From: an uncultured Gammaproteobacteria bacterium
Lineage (GTDB): Bacteria > Patescibacteriota > Microgenomatia > Levybacterales > UBA12049
Assembly: GCA_964537895.1 (NCBI GenBank)
Contig: CAZIDK010000001.1
Span: forward strand, 233,338-289,593
Reading direction: 5' to 3'
Length of the DNA: 56,256 nucleotides
This document shows, one piece after another, positions 46,303-56,256 of the stretch. The notes below the pieces were generated by a model. The model made no database searches. It was not told the origin of the DNA and worked only from the letters and a program-made list of their open reading frames with translations. A program made the position numbers and the translations under genes. Position 1 is the stretch's first letter. The number at the start of each line of letters is the position of its first letter.

Positions 46303-46331
46303 TTGACAAATGCAAGTAACTTGCATATAAT
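46303..46331 (+). promoter_or_regulatory. Consensus promoter with a palindromic operator (candidate Fur/Zur box) in the spacer
   Basis: TTGACA(46303)-17-TATAAT(46326); ATGCAAG-taa-CTTGCAT at 46310-46326. Confidence 0.8.
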
Positions 46332-46401
46332 CAGTAAATAGATCTTACACAATGCATAGATACTATACTAAAGAGTCCGCGGATCTTTTTAGATTTCAAC
46401 C

Positions 46402-46824
46402 ATGGAAGATATACATAATTGTAAAGATGAATTAAGAAAACTAGATATAAAGGTTACTCCTTTAAGACTTGCTGTTATGAGGTTTTTAGAATCAACGAAA
46501 AAACCAGCAGACGTAAATACAATTCTTAGTTATCTAGAGAAAAACAAAATAGATGTAGATCCCGCAACCATCTTTAGAATGATGAATTTATTTGTCAAAA
46601 AAGGAATAACTCATCAAGTTCAGTTTCAAGAGGGCAAGACAAGATACGAATTATCCGCAAAAGAAGATCACCACCATTTAATCTGTGAAAAATGTGGTAG
46701 CATTGAAGATATCTCAGACGATTTTATGGAAGAGTTTGAAAAAGAAATAAATAAAAAAAAGAAATTTTTAGTTAAATCACACTCTTTGGAGTTTTTTGGA
46801 ATATGCAGGAATTGTCAATCTTAA
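46402..46824 (+). CDS. Fur-family regulator (Zur-like)
   Basis: ATIFR, HHHLICEKCG, FFGICRNC; upstream of ZIP transporter. Confidence 0.9.
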   Translation: MEDIHNCKDELRKLDIKVTPLRLAVMRFLESTKKPADVNTILSYLEKNKIDVDPATIFRMMNLFVKKGITHQVQFQEGKTRYELSAKEDHHHLICEKCGSIEDISDDFMEEFEKEINKKKKFLVKSHSLEFFGICRNCQS

Positions 46825-47588
46825 TTTACATTATATTTTTTACACTTATAGGAAGTGTATTCTCCTTAATAGGAGGATTAATTCTTTTATACAAAGAAAA
46901 ACTTGCTCTTAAATACTCGCATTTTCTGGCTGCATTTGCCGCAGGAACCTTGCTTGGAACGGTATTTTTTGATTTACTTCCCGAAGCGGTTCATGAAAGT
47001 GAAAATTTAGAAAAATCAGGAACAGAAGTGAATATTTTCATATGGACACTTTTTGGAATTTTAGGTTTTTTCCTTTTGGAGCGTTTTACACACTGGTTTC
47101 ATCATCATCAGCATGAATATGAAGAGGAACCGGTCAAGCCTACCGTTCCTCTAATTATTATCGGAGATTCGGTTCATAATTTTATAGACGGAGTTGTAAT
47201 AGCGGCAACATTCTTAGTAAGTATTCCGCTTGGAATTGTTACAACTTTGGCGGTTGCGGCTCACGAAATACCTCAAGAAATAGGAGACTTTGGTATTCTT
47301 CTTCACAAAGGCTTAGAAAGAAAAAAAGTTTTACTTGTAAATATACTAAGCGCTTTAACGGCAGTGATAGGTGCTTTAATTACTTTTTGGATAGGAGAGA
47401 GTATTGAATCATCCTTACCCATTCTCTTAGCTGTAACCTCAGGATTTTTTATATATATCGCAGCTTCAGATTTAATTCCTGAAATTCACCATGAAAATAG
47501 GAAAGGTTTTGCAGTAATTGAAACATCCCTTATGTTTTTAGGTGTTGCCACGATTTATGTTTTTATAATGTTACTTGAAGGTTTTTGA
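46803..47588 (+). CDS. ZIP-family Zn transporter
   Basis: FAAGTLL, His-rich loop, DSVHNFIDG, HEIPQEIGDF, YIAASDLIPE. Confidence 0.93.
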   Translation: MQELSILIYIIFFTLIGSVFSLIGGLILLYKEKLALKYSHFLAAFAAGTLLGTVFFDLLPEAVHESENLEKSGTEVNIFIWTLFGILGFFLLERFTHWFHHHQHEYEEEPVKPTVPLIIIGDSVHNFIDGVVIAATFLVSIPLGIVTTLAVAAHEIPQEIGDFGILLHKGLERKKVLLVNILSALTAVIGALITFWIGESIESSLPILLAVTSGFFIYIAASDLIPEIHHENRKGFAVIETSLMFLGVATIYVFIMLLEGF

Positions 47589-47598
47589 GTGCATTAAA

Positions 47599-48140
47599 TC
47601 ACTTAATTTTACAGACTATTTTCTGGTGGTAAGTTTTTAGCGAGTACCAGAAAGAAAAAATAAGAAGGCTAATAGTAATTGCATGGAGACCCATTCCGCC
47701 AAAAGGGATAAGAGATAAACTGCCGGCAAGCCCCAAAAGCGATAAAACAGAAAACCCGCATGAAAAACATCGTGCGACAACAATGCCAAAAACCGTGCTT
47801 CCGCCAACAGCAAAACTAAGCTTTACACGAGCAGTTCTTAAGCTTTTTATCATTTTAACAATAAGTAGCATGTTTAATCCAACTAATAAAGAGGTTATGA
47901 TAAGAAGGGAAAAATCAAGCATATTAAACGCAGAGTATGACCCTATTAAAAGCTGGAATAGTATATTGACTTTAAAATCTAAAGGGTATTGGCCGAAAAT
48001 ACTGGCTAAAACCAGTCTGTAATTTAATAAAAAACGACAAAGGAAAAATAAATAAAAGAAATAACAAAAACTAAAATTAAAGAATAGAGATTTAAGAACT
48101 GGGCTTCAAACGTTTGCTAAAGCGTGGGGAATTGGGACAT
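47599..48140 (-). pseudogene. Membrane protein gene with in-frame TAG and a 1-nt frameshift
   Basis: ATG 48140 directly after DsbA stop; TAG at codon 8 (48117-48119); T6 run (A 48029-48034) one base short of joining ..FSFVVF to LLNYRLV..; downstream CFSCG motif. Confidence 0.65.
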
Positions 48141-48141
48141 T

Positions 48142-48930
48142 TTATTTTGCTAATTCCTGGTCGATGATTGTTTTGAACGCGCTGTAAGGTTGCGCTCCCA
48201 CCAGAGACATGCCATTTATAAAGAATGTTGGAGTTCCATTTACGCCAGCAGTAGCGCCTTCTTGCTGGTCCTTATCTACATTTGCTTTATATTTCGCAGA
48301 ATCGAGGCAGCTATTAAATTGCGAGGTGTTTAAGTTTAAGCTTGCTGCAAAATTTTTAAGAGCTTGTGTTGTTCCCTCCGGTGTTTGCCCTGTTATTTTA
48401 GCTTGATCTTTAAATACTAAATCATGAAATTCCCAAAATTTTCCTTGTTCATTTGCGCATTCTGAAGCAAGAGCTGCCGGTTTTGCAGCAGGGTGGAAAT
48501 CAAGAGGAAAATGCCTGTAATAGTAAATAACTTTTCCGGTATCAATATAGTCTTTTTTAATTTGACCAAATGTTTGGTCAAAATATTGTTTACAGAATGG
48601 ACATTCAAAATCAGAAAAATCTACCACCACTACTTTTGCGTTTTTATCTCCCAGAGCAGGCAAGTGTCCCTTATCAACTTCAACTTTTACTCCCGGAGCA
48701 GGAGCTTGGGGTTGAGCTCCTTGCGTAGGTGCTTGCGCAGTAGGCGCCGCCGCTTGATTGTTTCCATTTTTTTCCAAGTACGAAATTTTTGTTGTTAATG
48801 CTCCCAGGAGAAAAGATGCGACTAGGAGAAGAGCCATGAGTACCGGAGTGTATTTTAGATTTTTATAATCAACATTAGGAACTTTGAAAGAAACAGTCTT
48901 TGTTGGTGAGTCTCCGGATTTTTTTGCCAT
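48142..48930 (-). CDS. DsbA/thioredoxin-fold oxidoreductase, membrane anchored
   Basis: FSDFECPFC, RHFPL, GVNGTPTFFING, GAQP; start 48930 after TTGACA-18-TACAAT-6. Confidence 0.92.
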   Translation of the reverse strand: MAKKSGDSPTKTVSFKVPNVDYKNLKYTPVLMALLLVASFLLGALTTKISYLEKNGNNQAAAPTAQAPTQGAQPQAPAPGVKVEVDKGHLPALGDKNAKVVVVDFSDFECPFCKQYFDQTFGQIKKDYIDTGKVIYYYRHFPLDFHPAAKPAALASECANEQGKFWEFHDLVFKDQAKITGQTPEGTTQALKNFAASLNLNTSQFNSCLDSAKYKANVDKDQQEGATAGVNGTPTFFINGMSLVGAQPYSAFKTIIDQELAK

Positions 48931-49036
48931 AAAAGCATTGTATGTTTTTTCAAAAAGCCTTGTCAATAGGTAAAAGGCAAGTATATGAAATATTACACAA
49001 TAATGATACAATTTTACTGTTAGAGGGGTGATAGAT

Positions 49037-49168
49037 ATGATGTGGGGGTATCAAAACATGATGAATTGGGGAGGTTTTTGGTTTTTAGGAACACTTTTCT
49101 GGGTTGTTATTTTTATTGACCTTGTTCTTTTGGGCATGTGGCTTTGGAAACAGCTTAACAAAAAATAA
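49037..49168 (+). CDS. Small membrane protein (43 aa), not in ORF track
   Basis: MMWGYQNMMNWGGFWFLGTLFWVVIFIDLVLLGMWLWKQLNKK; GAGGGGTG RBS; stop 1 nt before ATG 49170. Confidence 0.7.
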   Translation: MMWGYQNMMNWGGFWFLGTLFWVVIFIDLVLLGMWLWKQLNKK

Positions 49169-49169
49169 T

Positions 49170-50168
49170 ATGGCAAAAATTGTTTTTTTTGATACTGAAA
49201 AATGGGAAGAGATATTTGTAAAAAACGGTCTTTTGGGACTTAGCGCAGTAATAACCTCGGAAAAACTCGATGAAAATACAGCTTCCAAATACCAAGATGC
49301 GGAAATTATCTCCTGTTTTATCTACTCAAAGCTTAATAAAGATATTTTAGAAAAACTCCCCAATTTAAAATTTATAGCCACGCGTTCAACCGGCTTTGAC
49401 CATATAAACCTTTCATATTGTAAGGAGAAAAATATTTTGATATCAAATGTTCCTACTTACGGAGCCCACACGGTTGCCGAACACACGTTTGCTTTAATTT
49501 TGACAATTTCCCGAAAAATAGTTCCAAGTGTTGAGCAGGCAAAAAGAGGAGATTTTTCAAGCGAGGGGCTTGAGGGATTTGATTTAAACGGAAAAACCTT
49601 AGGCGTTGTCGGAACGGGGAATATAGGTACAAATGTTTGCGAAATTGGGCTTTCTTTTGGAATGAAAGTATTGGCTTTTTCAAGAACGGTAAGCGAAGAA
49701 TTAGTTTCAAAAGGGGTAAAATACGTATCATTTGACGAGCTTTTGGCAAATTCCGATATTATCACTCTCCATCTTCCCCACACAAAAGAAACGGAACATA
49801 TTATAAATTTACAAAACCTAGAAAGAATAAAAAAGGGCGCTACTTTAATCAACACGGCAAGGGGGGTATTAGTTGAAACTCAAGCAATAGTAGAGGGATT
49901 AGAAAAGGGGATCTTTTCTGGAGTAGGGTTAGATGTCTTGGAAGAGGAAGCTTTTCTCAAAGAAGAAAGAGAACTTTTGTCAACGGAATATCTTAATAAA
50001 ATAGATGTTAAAACCGAACTTTTAAACCATGTGCTTTTAACAAGAGATGACGTTGTGATTACTCCGCATAACGCCTTTAATAGCCGTGAGGCGGTAAGGG
50101 AGATAATGGAAGTGTCAGTTGCGAATATTAAATCTTTCCAAGCAGGCACTCCTCGGAACACCGTCTGA
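49170..50168 (+). CDS. D-isomer-specific 2-hydroxyacid (D-lactate-type) dehydrogenase
   Basis: TRSTGFDHI, VAEH, GTGNIG, INTARG, LDVLEEE, TPHNAF. Confidence 0.92.
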   Translation: MAKIVFFDTEKWEEIFVKNGLLGLSAVITSEKLDENTASKYQDAEIISCFIYSKLNKDILEKLPNLKFIATRSTGFDHINLSYCKEKNILISNVPTYGAHTVAEHTFALILTISRKIVPSVEQAKRGDFSSEGLEGFDLNGKTLGVVGTGNIGTNVCEIGLSFGMKVLAFSRTVSEELVSKGVKYVSFDELLANSDIITLHLPHTKETEHIINLQNLERIKKGATLINTARGVLVETQAIVEGLEKGIFSGVGLDVLEEEAFLKEERELLSTEYLNKIDVKTELLNHVLLTRDDVVITPHNAFNSREAVREIMEVSVANIKSFQAGTPRNTV

Positions 50169-50182
50169 AATAATTGATTGTT

Positions 50183-50293
50183 GACATTAGAAGCTTGAAG
50201 CTGAAATTTGAGATTTAAAGGTGGAAGCTGGAAGATTCTATTTTCTAACCTCTAACTTCAAGATCTAGCTTCCAGTGTCCAGCGTCTATCATC
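50183..50293. repeat. Heptamer fold-back element, intergenic sibling of the in-frame insert in tgt (22484-22599)
   Basis: tagaagc/ttgaagc/tgaaatt..ggtggaagctggaagatt then ctaacct/ctaactt/ctagctt/ccagtgt/ccagcgt/ctatcat. Confidence 0.7.
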
Positions 50294-50345
50294 AAAAATA
50301 ATTTTCCCTCTTGACAAAAAGAATAAGGTATTATATCCTTCTCTA

Positions 50346-50364
50346 TATCCCCCTAGGGGGGATA
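50346..50364. promoter_or_regulatory. CsoR-type operator
   Basis: TATCCCCCTAGGGGGGATA C/G-tract palindrome just after TTGACA(50311)-17-TATCCT. Confidence 0.75.
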
Positions 50365-50372
50365 ACAAGACT

Positions 50373-50870
50373 ATGTCGTTTGAATTAAAACTAGTTCTAC
50401 TAACAATCGTTTCAACAATAGTGATTATGGCTGGAGGAATGATTTTTCTTAGCTCTTCTCAAGCTCCTCAAGTGACTGCGTCTCAAAACGCAAAAGCGTA
50501 CACAATTGATGCTACAAGCGCCGACTGGGGACAAATTTCAATGTTTAAAGGAAATGTTGCTAAAACATTTACAATTAAAAACACCGGAACCGATACCTTA
50601 AAACTCTTCAATATAAAAACTTCCTGTCATTGCACGAAAGCAAACGTTAGCATTGGGTCTGATGAAAGTCCTAATTTTGGAATGGATTCCTATTCGTCTT
50701 GGGTAGGGGAAGTGGCTCCGGGAAAAGAAGCAAAATTGTCTGTTATTTTTGACCCTGCTTATCACGGGCCAGGCGGTGTCGGTCCAATTAATAGATTTGT
50801 TTCGGTTGAAACAAATGATAAAACAAATTCTAAATTAACATTTACCGTAACAGGTACGGTATTTAAATAA
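50373..50870 (+). CDS. DUF1573 (Ig-like) membrane-anchored protein
   Basis: FTIKNTG..LKL..IKTSCHCT, VAPG, FDP..HG. Confidence 0.82.
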   Translation: MSFELKLVLLTIVSTIVIMAGGMIFLSSSQAPQVTASQNAKAYTIDATSADWGQISMFKGNVAKTFTIKNTGTDTLKLFNIKTSCHCTKANVSIGSDESPNFGMDSYSSWVGEVAPGKEAKLSVIFDPAYHGPGGVGPINRFVSVETNDKTNSKLTFTVTGTVFK

Positions 50871-51817
50871 TGAGAAAAAGTAATATTAAACTTAAAGCAA
50901 AAAAAATCTTACATAAAGCAGTTCCTTTATGGTTGGTTGCGGTTTTGATTTTTAATTCGATTATCGGGGTTGGTTTTTTAGAATATCTGATAATGAAAAG
51001 GAATTTTAACCAGTATCTTGCCGCTCTTTCAAAAACCACCAAAAGCCCTGATGAACTTGTTCAAATATTAAAAGAGAAAGTATTGCCTCAAAAAGGATAT
51101 GTACTGGCAGTAACGTGGGGGGGCATAGGGAGACAGCTTTTAGAATCAGGGGCAATAGATAGGCAAAAATACGATCAGCAGTTCGCACAAGATCCGGTCG
51201 GAAAGGACATGATGCAATATCTTGACCGTTTCTCTGTTAATCATATGACAATAAACGAAAAAAATTCGCATTTTATGGTTAATACTTTGTGGGCTTTGGG
51301 ACTAGTTAATAAAAGTGACACTTTGGATGAAGGGCCAATGAGGGGTCAGGATGTAGATGCAGGCAATATGGCTTCGACCGGAGGATGGACGTTGGGCGCA
51401 AAACAGCCGATGGAGCTATATTCTTCAAAGACCATTATACCCTTAACGCCTCAACAGGAAGAGCTCGTTAAGAAAATTGCAAGTAATATATACAGACCAT
51501 GCTGCGGTAATTCTACATACTTTCCAGACTGCAACCATGGAATGGCAGCTTTAGGTTACATTGAATTGGCGGTAAAACAGGGAGTTCCCGAACAAAGAAT
51601 TTATAAAGATATTCTTGCCTTAAATTCATTTTGGTTTCCCCAGCAATACGTAAATCTTGCCGCATACTATAATAAACAGGGAACAGATTGGAAGAAGGTA
51701 GATGCAAAGCTGGCGCTGGGAATTGATTACTCTTCGGGTGAGGGCGCCGCAAGAATACAACAAGCCATTCAAGATGTCCCTGGATTAAATGTTAAAGGCG
51801 GAGGCTGCAGCGCATAA
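50870..51817 (+). CDS. Membrane-anchored Cys/His-rich hypothetical protein
   Basis: YRPCCGNSTYFPDCNHGMA, C-terminal GGGCSA. Confidence 0.75.
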   Translation: MRKSNIKLKAKKILHKAVPLWLVAVLIFNSIIGVGFLEYLIMKRNFNQYLAALSKTTKSPDELVQILKEKVLPQKGYVLAVTWGGIGRQLLESGAIDRQKYDQQFAQDPVGKDMMQYLDRFSVNHMTINEKNSHFMVNTLWALGLVNKSDTLDEGPMRGQDVDAGNMASTGGWTLGAKQPMELYSSKTIIPLTPQQEELVKKIASNIYRPCCGNSTYFPDCNHGMAALGYIELAVKQGVPEQRIYKDILALNSFWFPQQYVNLAAYYNKQGTDWKKVDAKLALGIDYSSGEGAARIQQAIQDVPGLNVKGGGCSA

Positions 51818-52651
51818 ATGGAACAAGTTTTATTCCAAACGTCTTTAATAGCCGCTTTTGTTGCGGGAATGGTTGCTCTTTTTGCCCCATGCTGTATTTC
51901 TTTCTTGCTCCCTGCCTACTTAGGGAGTGTTTTTAAAGAAAAGGAAAAAGTTCTCTTAATGACTTTGATTTTTGGTTTGGGGATATTTGTTGTTATGATG
52001 CCGGCGGTCTTGGGTGTTGCGGTTCTTTCGAAAGCTCTGTTTGTATATCATGACGATATTTATGTAATTGGAGGTTTTGTAATGCTTATTGCGGCTTTAG
52101 TTACTTTTTTAGGAATAAAATTACCAATGCCAACTCTACCCGGAAGGCAATCTGGGAAGCATGATCCTTTGTCAATATTTATTTTAGGCATCTTTTCAGG
52201 TATTACCAGCGCTTGCTGTGCCCCTGTACTTATAGGAATATTAACTCTCACTTTTCTTACGCCAAATTTTTTCGGCGCTTTAAGCATAGGAGCAACTTAT
52301 GTCTTAGGAATGGTTTTTCCACTTCTTATTATTTCTATATTTTTATCGGGGAAAGTAGATAGATTTATGATTTTAAGAAAACCGATGTTGCAATTTAATT
52401 TTTTGGGTAAAGAAAGAGTGGTAATTGTCAGCAATTTTCTGGCAAGCGCAATATTTGCGGCAACGGGCATTATGATACTTTCTTTGAAAGCAACGGGAAA
52501 ACTATCAATGAGCAATCTTGAAGGTTTTACAAAAATTATTACCGATGCGGGCAATTACGTAAATCAATATGCGGGAGGAAACACGGCATATAACATATTG
52601 TTTATACTATTGTTAGGAATATTTATTTATTACCTTGTAAAAAAACTTTAA
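51818..52651 (+). CDS. CcdA/DsbD-like transmembrane electron transporter
   Basis: LFAPCCISFLLPAY and SACCAPVL motifs. Confidence 0.85.
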   Translation: MEQVLFQTSLIAAFVAGMVALFAPCCISFLLPAYLGSVFKEKEKVLLMTLIFGLGIFVVMMPAVLGVAVLSKALFVYHDDIYVIGGFVMLIAALVTFLGIKLPMPTLPGRQSGKHDPLSIFILGIFSGITSACCAPVLIGILTLTFLTPNFFGALSIGATYVLGMVFPLLIISIFLSGKVDRFMILRKPMLQFNFLGKERVVIVSNFLASAIFAATGIMILSLKATGKLSMSNLEGFTKIITDAGNYVNQYAGGNTAYNILFILLLGIFIYYLVKKL

Positions 52652-52675
52652 GATTGACAAAAAGGAGGTGATAAC

Positions 52676-52939
52676 ATGTTAAAACCGATAGCATTTGCCA
52701 ACTCATTTACGGTTATTGGTCTTGGAGCATACGTAGTTTGCAGAGCGCTTACGCTTATTGCGCCGGATTTACTTTTTAGTATCGGACAAAGCTGGTTTCA
52801 CACTCTAAACCTAAGTTTTGTGAAGGCAGTAATACCAATGGATATTGGGACATTTTTATTTGGAGGAATTACTTTTGCTATTTTTGTCTGGATTATAAGT
52901 TACGCTTTTGCAAATCTTTACAATAGTTTTTCAAAGTAA
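52676..52939 (+). CDS. Two-TM protein (DUF5676-like)
   Basis: YVVC, SWFH, YN pattern; AAGGAGGTG RBS. Confidence 0.7.
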   Translation: MLKPIAFANSFTVIGLGAYVVCRALTLIAPDLLFSIGQSWFHTLNLSFVKAVIPMDIGTFLFGGITFAIFVWIISYAFANLYNSFSK

Positions 52940-52977
52940 TTTTTACTTGACAAACGAATATATCTAATTTAAGATAT

Positions 52978-53000
52978 CTAAATCCCTCGGGGGGAGATAT
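52978..53000. promoter_or_regulatory. CsoR-type operator upstream of csoR
   Basis: atccctcggggggagatat after TTGACA(52947)-17-TAAGAT. Confidence 0.6.
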
Positions 53001-53024
53001 CTTCCAAAGGAGGATAAGCATATT

Positions 53025-53294
53025 ATGTATAGACCAAAAGATACGCAGGAAAGAATACTGCACAGATTAAAAATTGCAAAAGGACATTTGGATAAGGTAA
53101 TAAATATGGTTGAAAACGACCACTATTGTATTGACGTTTTACACCAATCCCAGGCAATTCAGGCGGCACTTAAGGAAACAGACGGAGTTATATTGGAAAA
53201 TCATCTTCGAACCTGTGTTTCCGATTCAATAAAAAGCGGAAACCAGGAAGAGGCAATAAAAGAGGTAATGGAGGTTTTTAAGAAGAAAGTTTGA
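53025..53294 (+). CDS. csoR: Cu-sensing repressor CsoR
   Basis: RLKIAKGH, YCIDVL.Q, LENHLRTCV (C-H-C ligands). Confidence 0.9.
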   Translation: MYRPKDTQERILHRLKIAKGHLDKVINMVENDHYCIDVLHQSQAIQAALKETDGVILENHLRTCVSDSIKSGNQEEAIKEVMEVFKKKV

Positions 53295-53312
53295 TGTCCT
53301 CTTTAATTTTCT

Positions 53313-53672
53313 ATGGATAAAATAATTGTAACCATGGGGGGAATTTTTGGTATTTTTTTCACTTTTTGGTTTTTCTTAGGCAAAAAAGACTCAAAAGCAA
53401 AAGAAGTAACCGGGTCTATTGATGTCCTTGTTAAGGGCGGATATTCTCCGGATGTAATTTCTGTTAAAAGGGGTAAAGCTATAACTATAAATTTTATCAG
53501 AAAAGACGAAAACAGCTGTTTGGAAGAAGTTATTTTATCCGATTTTAAAATTAAAAAATACCTTCCCATCAATAAAAAAGTCAGTGTTCAAATTACTCCT
53601 CAAGAGGTTGGAAAGTTTGATTTTTCCTGCGGAATGGGAATGTTTCACGGAAAGCTGATTGTCAAAGATTAA
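53313..53672 (+). CDS. Cupredoxin-domain protein (CupA-like)
   Basis: [21 protein letters not shown]. Confidence 0.88.
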   Translation: MDKIIVTMGGIFGIFFTFWFFLGKKDSKAKEVTGSIDVLVKGGYSPDVISVKRGKAITINFIRKDENSCLEEVILSDFKIKKYLPINKKVSVQITPQEVGKFDFSCGMGMFHGKLIVKD

Positions 53673-53674
53673 TT

Positions 53675-55918
53675 ATGGCAGAAAGTAAAAAAACATTTTC
53701 AATAAAAGGTATGCATTGCGCTTCATGCGTCAGGGTTTTGGAGAGGTCCTTAAAAAAAGTTGATGGAGTAGTTGATGCAAATGTAAATTTGGCAACAGAA
53801 AAAGCAACTGTAACTTTTGATAAAGGCAAGGTAAACGATGAAAAAATAACTTCAACCGTTGCTAATGCCGGCTATAAAGCTTTACTTAACGAAGAAGGGG
53901 TTCATCAAGACGAAGAAAAACTGGAGAAACAAAAAGAGCTTAAAAGACTAAGAAATAAAGTTATTGTAAGTTTGTTTTTAGGCAGTCTTATTGTTTGGGG
54001 AAGTTTTCCCGGGCTCATGAATACGGCTCCAAAACTGCTTCAAAACTTTTTAATTCAGTTTCTTTTAGCTTTACCTGTTCAATTTTGGGCAGGGTTTGAA
54101 TTTTATAAAGCAACAATACCGGCTTTAAGACATAGAACCGCCAATATGGATACGCTTGTCGCATTGGGAACTTCGGTTGCCTTTGCTTATTCATCAGCTG
54201 TTGTGTTTTTTCCTAAGTCTATTAATAGTATAGGAGTTGAAGCAATGCCTTATTTTGATGTTTCGACCATTATTATCGGCCTGATACTTCTTGGCAGGTA
54301 TTTTGAAGCTAAAGCAAAAGCCGGAACGTCAGAGGCGATTAAAAAATTAATAGGCCTTTCTCCTAAAACCGCAAGAGTTGTAAGAAACGGCAAGGAAATA
54401 GATGTTCCCATAGAAGGAGTTTTGGCAGGCGATGTTTTGAGGGTAAGGCCCGGAGAGAAAATAGCGGTTGACGGAGTAGTTACGGAAGGAGAAAGTTCGG
54501 TTGACGAGTCCATGGTTACCGGAGAGAGTATTCCGGTTGAAAAAGCAAAGGGCGATTTAGTAATAGGGGCAACCATCAATAAATCAGGCACATTTCTGTA
54601 TAAAGCCACAAAAGTAGGTAAAGATACCATGCTTTCACAAATAATTAAACTTGTTCAGGAAGCACAGGGTTCCAAAGCGCCAATCCAAAGGATTGCAGAT
54701 TTAATTTCTTCATATTTTGTTCCGATTGTCATAATGTTGGCAATTGCAACTTTTGTCGTTTGGTATGATTTCGGAGGAGCAAATGCGCTTCTTTTTGCAT
54801 TACTAAACATGGTTGCGGTTTTAATTATTGCCTGTCCGTGTGCAATGGGCTTGGCAACTCCAACGGCTGTTATGGTTGGAACAGGCAAAGGCGCGCAAAG
54901 CGGAATTTTAATAAGAGACGCAAAAAGCCTAGAGATAGCGCACAAAGTAAATACGGTTATTTTTGATAAAACAGGAACTTTAACAAAAGGAAAACCGGAA
55001 GTAACGGACGTAATCTTAGTTCAAAGTTCAAAGTTAAAAGTTCAAAGTATTCTAAAATTTGCAGCTTCCTTAGAAAAGGTTTCGGAACATCCGTTAGCAC
55101 AGGCAATTGTTTCAAAAGCAGAAGCGGAAAAGGCAGATTTTGAAAAAGTAGATAAATTTAAAGCAATTGCAGGTCACGGAGTAGAGGGGTTAATAGGTAA
55201 AAGCAGGGTTCTTTTCGGCAATAAAAGATTAATGGAAAAAGAAGGAATAGACATCAAAAGCATAAGTGAAAAGATGGATGAACTGGAGAGTCAGGGGAAA
55301 ACAGTAATGATATTGACTGTAAATAAGAATGTTGAGGGCTTAATTGCTGTTGCCGATACTATTAAAGAAAATGCCAAAGAGGGAGTTTTCAATCTTTTAA
55401 AAATGGGAATAGAGGTTGTAATGATAACAGGTGACAATAAAAAAACAGCAGAAGCAATTGCAAAAAAGCTTGGGATAAAAAGAGTTTTATCGGAAGTTTT
55501 GCCTTCGGAAAAAGAAGCCGAAGTTAAAAAAATTCAAAAAGAAGGAAAAGTGGTTGCAATGGTAGGAGACGGAATAAACGATGCACCGGCTTTAGCTTCT
55601 GCGGATGTCGGGATTGCAATGGGTTCGGGCACAGACGTTGCAATAGAAGCCGCAGACATTACTTTAATAAATAAAGACTTGAGATCGGTTTCTTGGACGG
55701 TTAATCTTTCTAAAAAAACAATGAAAACTATAAAGATGAATCTTTTCTGGGCGTTTGGCTATAACATAGTTTTAATTCCGGTTGCTATGGGAGTTTTATA
55801 CCCTTTCTTTCATATGCTTATGAACCCGATATTTGCCTCCGGAGCTATGGCTTTAAGTTCGATTTCGGTTGTAACTAATTCACTAAGACTTAAGAGGGTA
55901 AACATTACCAAAATATAG
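53675..55918 (+). CDS. copA: Cu(I)-translocating P1B ATPase
   Basis: [38 protein letters not shown]. Confidence 0.96.
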   Translation: MAESKKTFSIKGMHCASCVRVLERSLKKVDGVVDANVNLATEKATVTFDKGKVNDEKITSTVANAGYKALLNEEGVHQDEEKLEKQKELKRLRNKVIVSLFLGSLIVWGSFPGLMNTAPKLLQNFLIQFLLALPVQFWAGFEFYKATIPALRHRTANMDTLVALGTSVAFAYSSAVVFFPKSINSIGVEAMPYFDVSTIIIGLILLGRYFEAKAKAGTSEAIKKLIGLSPKTARVVRNGKEIDVPIEGVLAGDVLRVRPGEKIAVDGVVTEGESSVDESMVTGESIPVEKAKGDLVIGATINKSGTFLYKATKVGKDTMLSQIIKLVQEAQGSKAPIQRIADLISSYFVPIVIMLAIATFVVWYDFGGANALLFALLNMVAVLIIACPCAMGLATPTAVMVGTGKGAQSGILIRDAKSLEIAHKVNTVIFDKTGTLTKGKPEVTDVILVQSSKLKVQSILKFAASLEKVSEHPLAQAIVSKAEAEKADFEKVDKFKAIAGHGVEGLIGKSRVLFGNKRLMEKEGIDIKSISEKMDELESQGKTVMILTVNKNVEGLIAVADTIKENAKEGVFNLLKMGIEVVMITGDNKKTAEAIAKKLGIKRVLSEVLPSEKEAEVKKIQKEGKVVAMVGDGINDAPALASADVGIAMGSGTDVAIEAADITLINKDLRSVSWTVNLSKKTMKTIKMNLFWAFGYNIVLIPVAMGVLYPFFHMLMNPIFASGAMALSSISVVTNSLRLKRVNITKI

Positions 55919-55931
55919 TATAATAATATTT

Positions 55932-56256
55932 ATGGGAAATACTAATTTAATTGCGATTTTTTTAACAGGACTTATAACAGGAGGGCTTACCTGCTTAGCC
56001 GTTCAAGGCGGACTTTTGGTAGCAACAATAGCCCAAAGAGAAGAACAAAGACTTAAGGCAAATCTTAAAAAGGGCGGAAATGCTTTGCCAATCGTCTCTT
56101 TTTTAATAGCAAAATTAACTGCTTATACACTTTTAGGATTACTTCTTGGATGGTTTGGCTCGCTTTTTACGCTTTCAATTACCACAAGAGTAATTATGCA
56201 GATTGCCGTTGTGATTTTTATGTTGGGGACTGCTTTAAATATTCTTAATGTTCACC
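55932..56256 (+). CDS. Sulfite exporter TauE/SafE (DsbD_2)-like protein, 3' truncated
   Basis: MGNTNLIAIFLTGLITGGLTCLAVQGGLL...KLTAYTLLGLLLG; runs off window. Confidence 0.75.
   Translation, partial: MGNTNLIAIFLTGLITGGLTCLAVQGGLLVATIAQREEQRLKANLKKGGNALPIVSFLIAKLTAYTLLGLLLGWFGSLFTLSITTRVIMQIAVVIFMLGTALNILNVH

Noticed and set aside
48117-48119. Stop-codon reassignment (TAG readthrough)
   Set aside because: TAG, TGA and TAA all terminate well-conserved genes here, and the same gene also has a frameshift.

Overview
AT-rich bacterial chromosome segment, standard code 11. The gene content suggests a CPR/Patescibacteria genome, probably Microgenomates; this is inference, not a database result. Supporting features are the VirD4-like ATPase, tRNA-linked YWGEG proteins, tRNA-Ile(UAU), stand-alone 5'-3' exonuclease, ATP-dependent ligase and leaderless-type promoters. 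The window has four parts. (1) 1-11.2 kb: class II RNR, cobalamin adenosyltransferase, a cobalamin riboswitch, a VirD4-like ATPase, a Xer-like recombinase and three AUN-box tRNAs. These are Ile-UAU, Met-CAU and an atypical fMet tRNA split by a 192-nt group I intron. Two of the tRNAs are preceded by HTH/LAGLIDADG-like genes. (2) 11174-19837: an 8.7-kb serine-recombinase element integrated at the 3' end of tRNA-fMet. Its att core lies inside the recombinase reading frame, so excision would add 21 aa to the C-terminus. (3) 19.8-46 kb: housekeeping genes (murI, murD, tgt, trpS, ftsH, mutM, two UMP kinases, recF, intein-containing ATP ligase, pth). (4) 46-56 kb: Zn/Cu homeostasis cluster. Several families of tiny palindromic or heptamer-repeat elements are overlaid on the housekeeping DNA. 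Many sit in frame inside conserved proteins. One family sits between an abandoned gene start and a synonymously recoded replacement start with a new RBS, which is the most unusual signal in the window.
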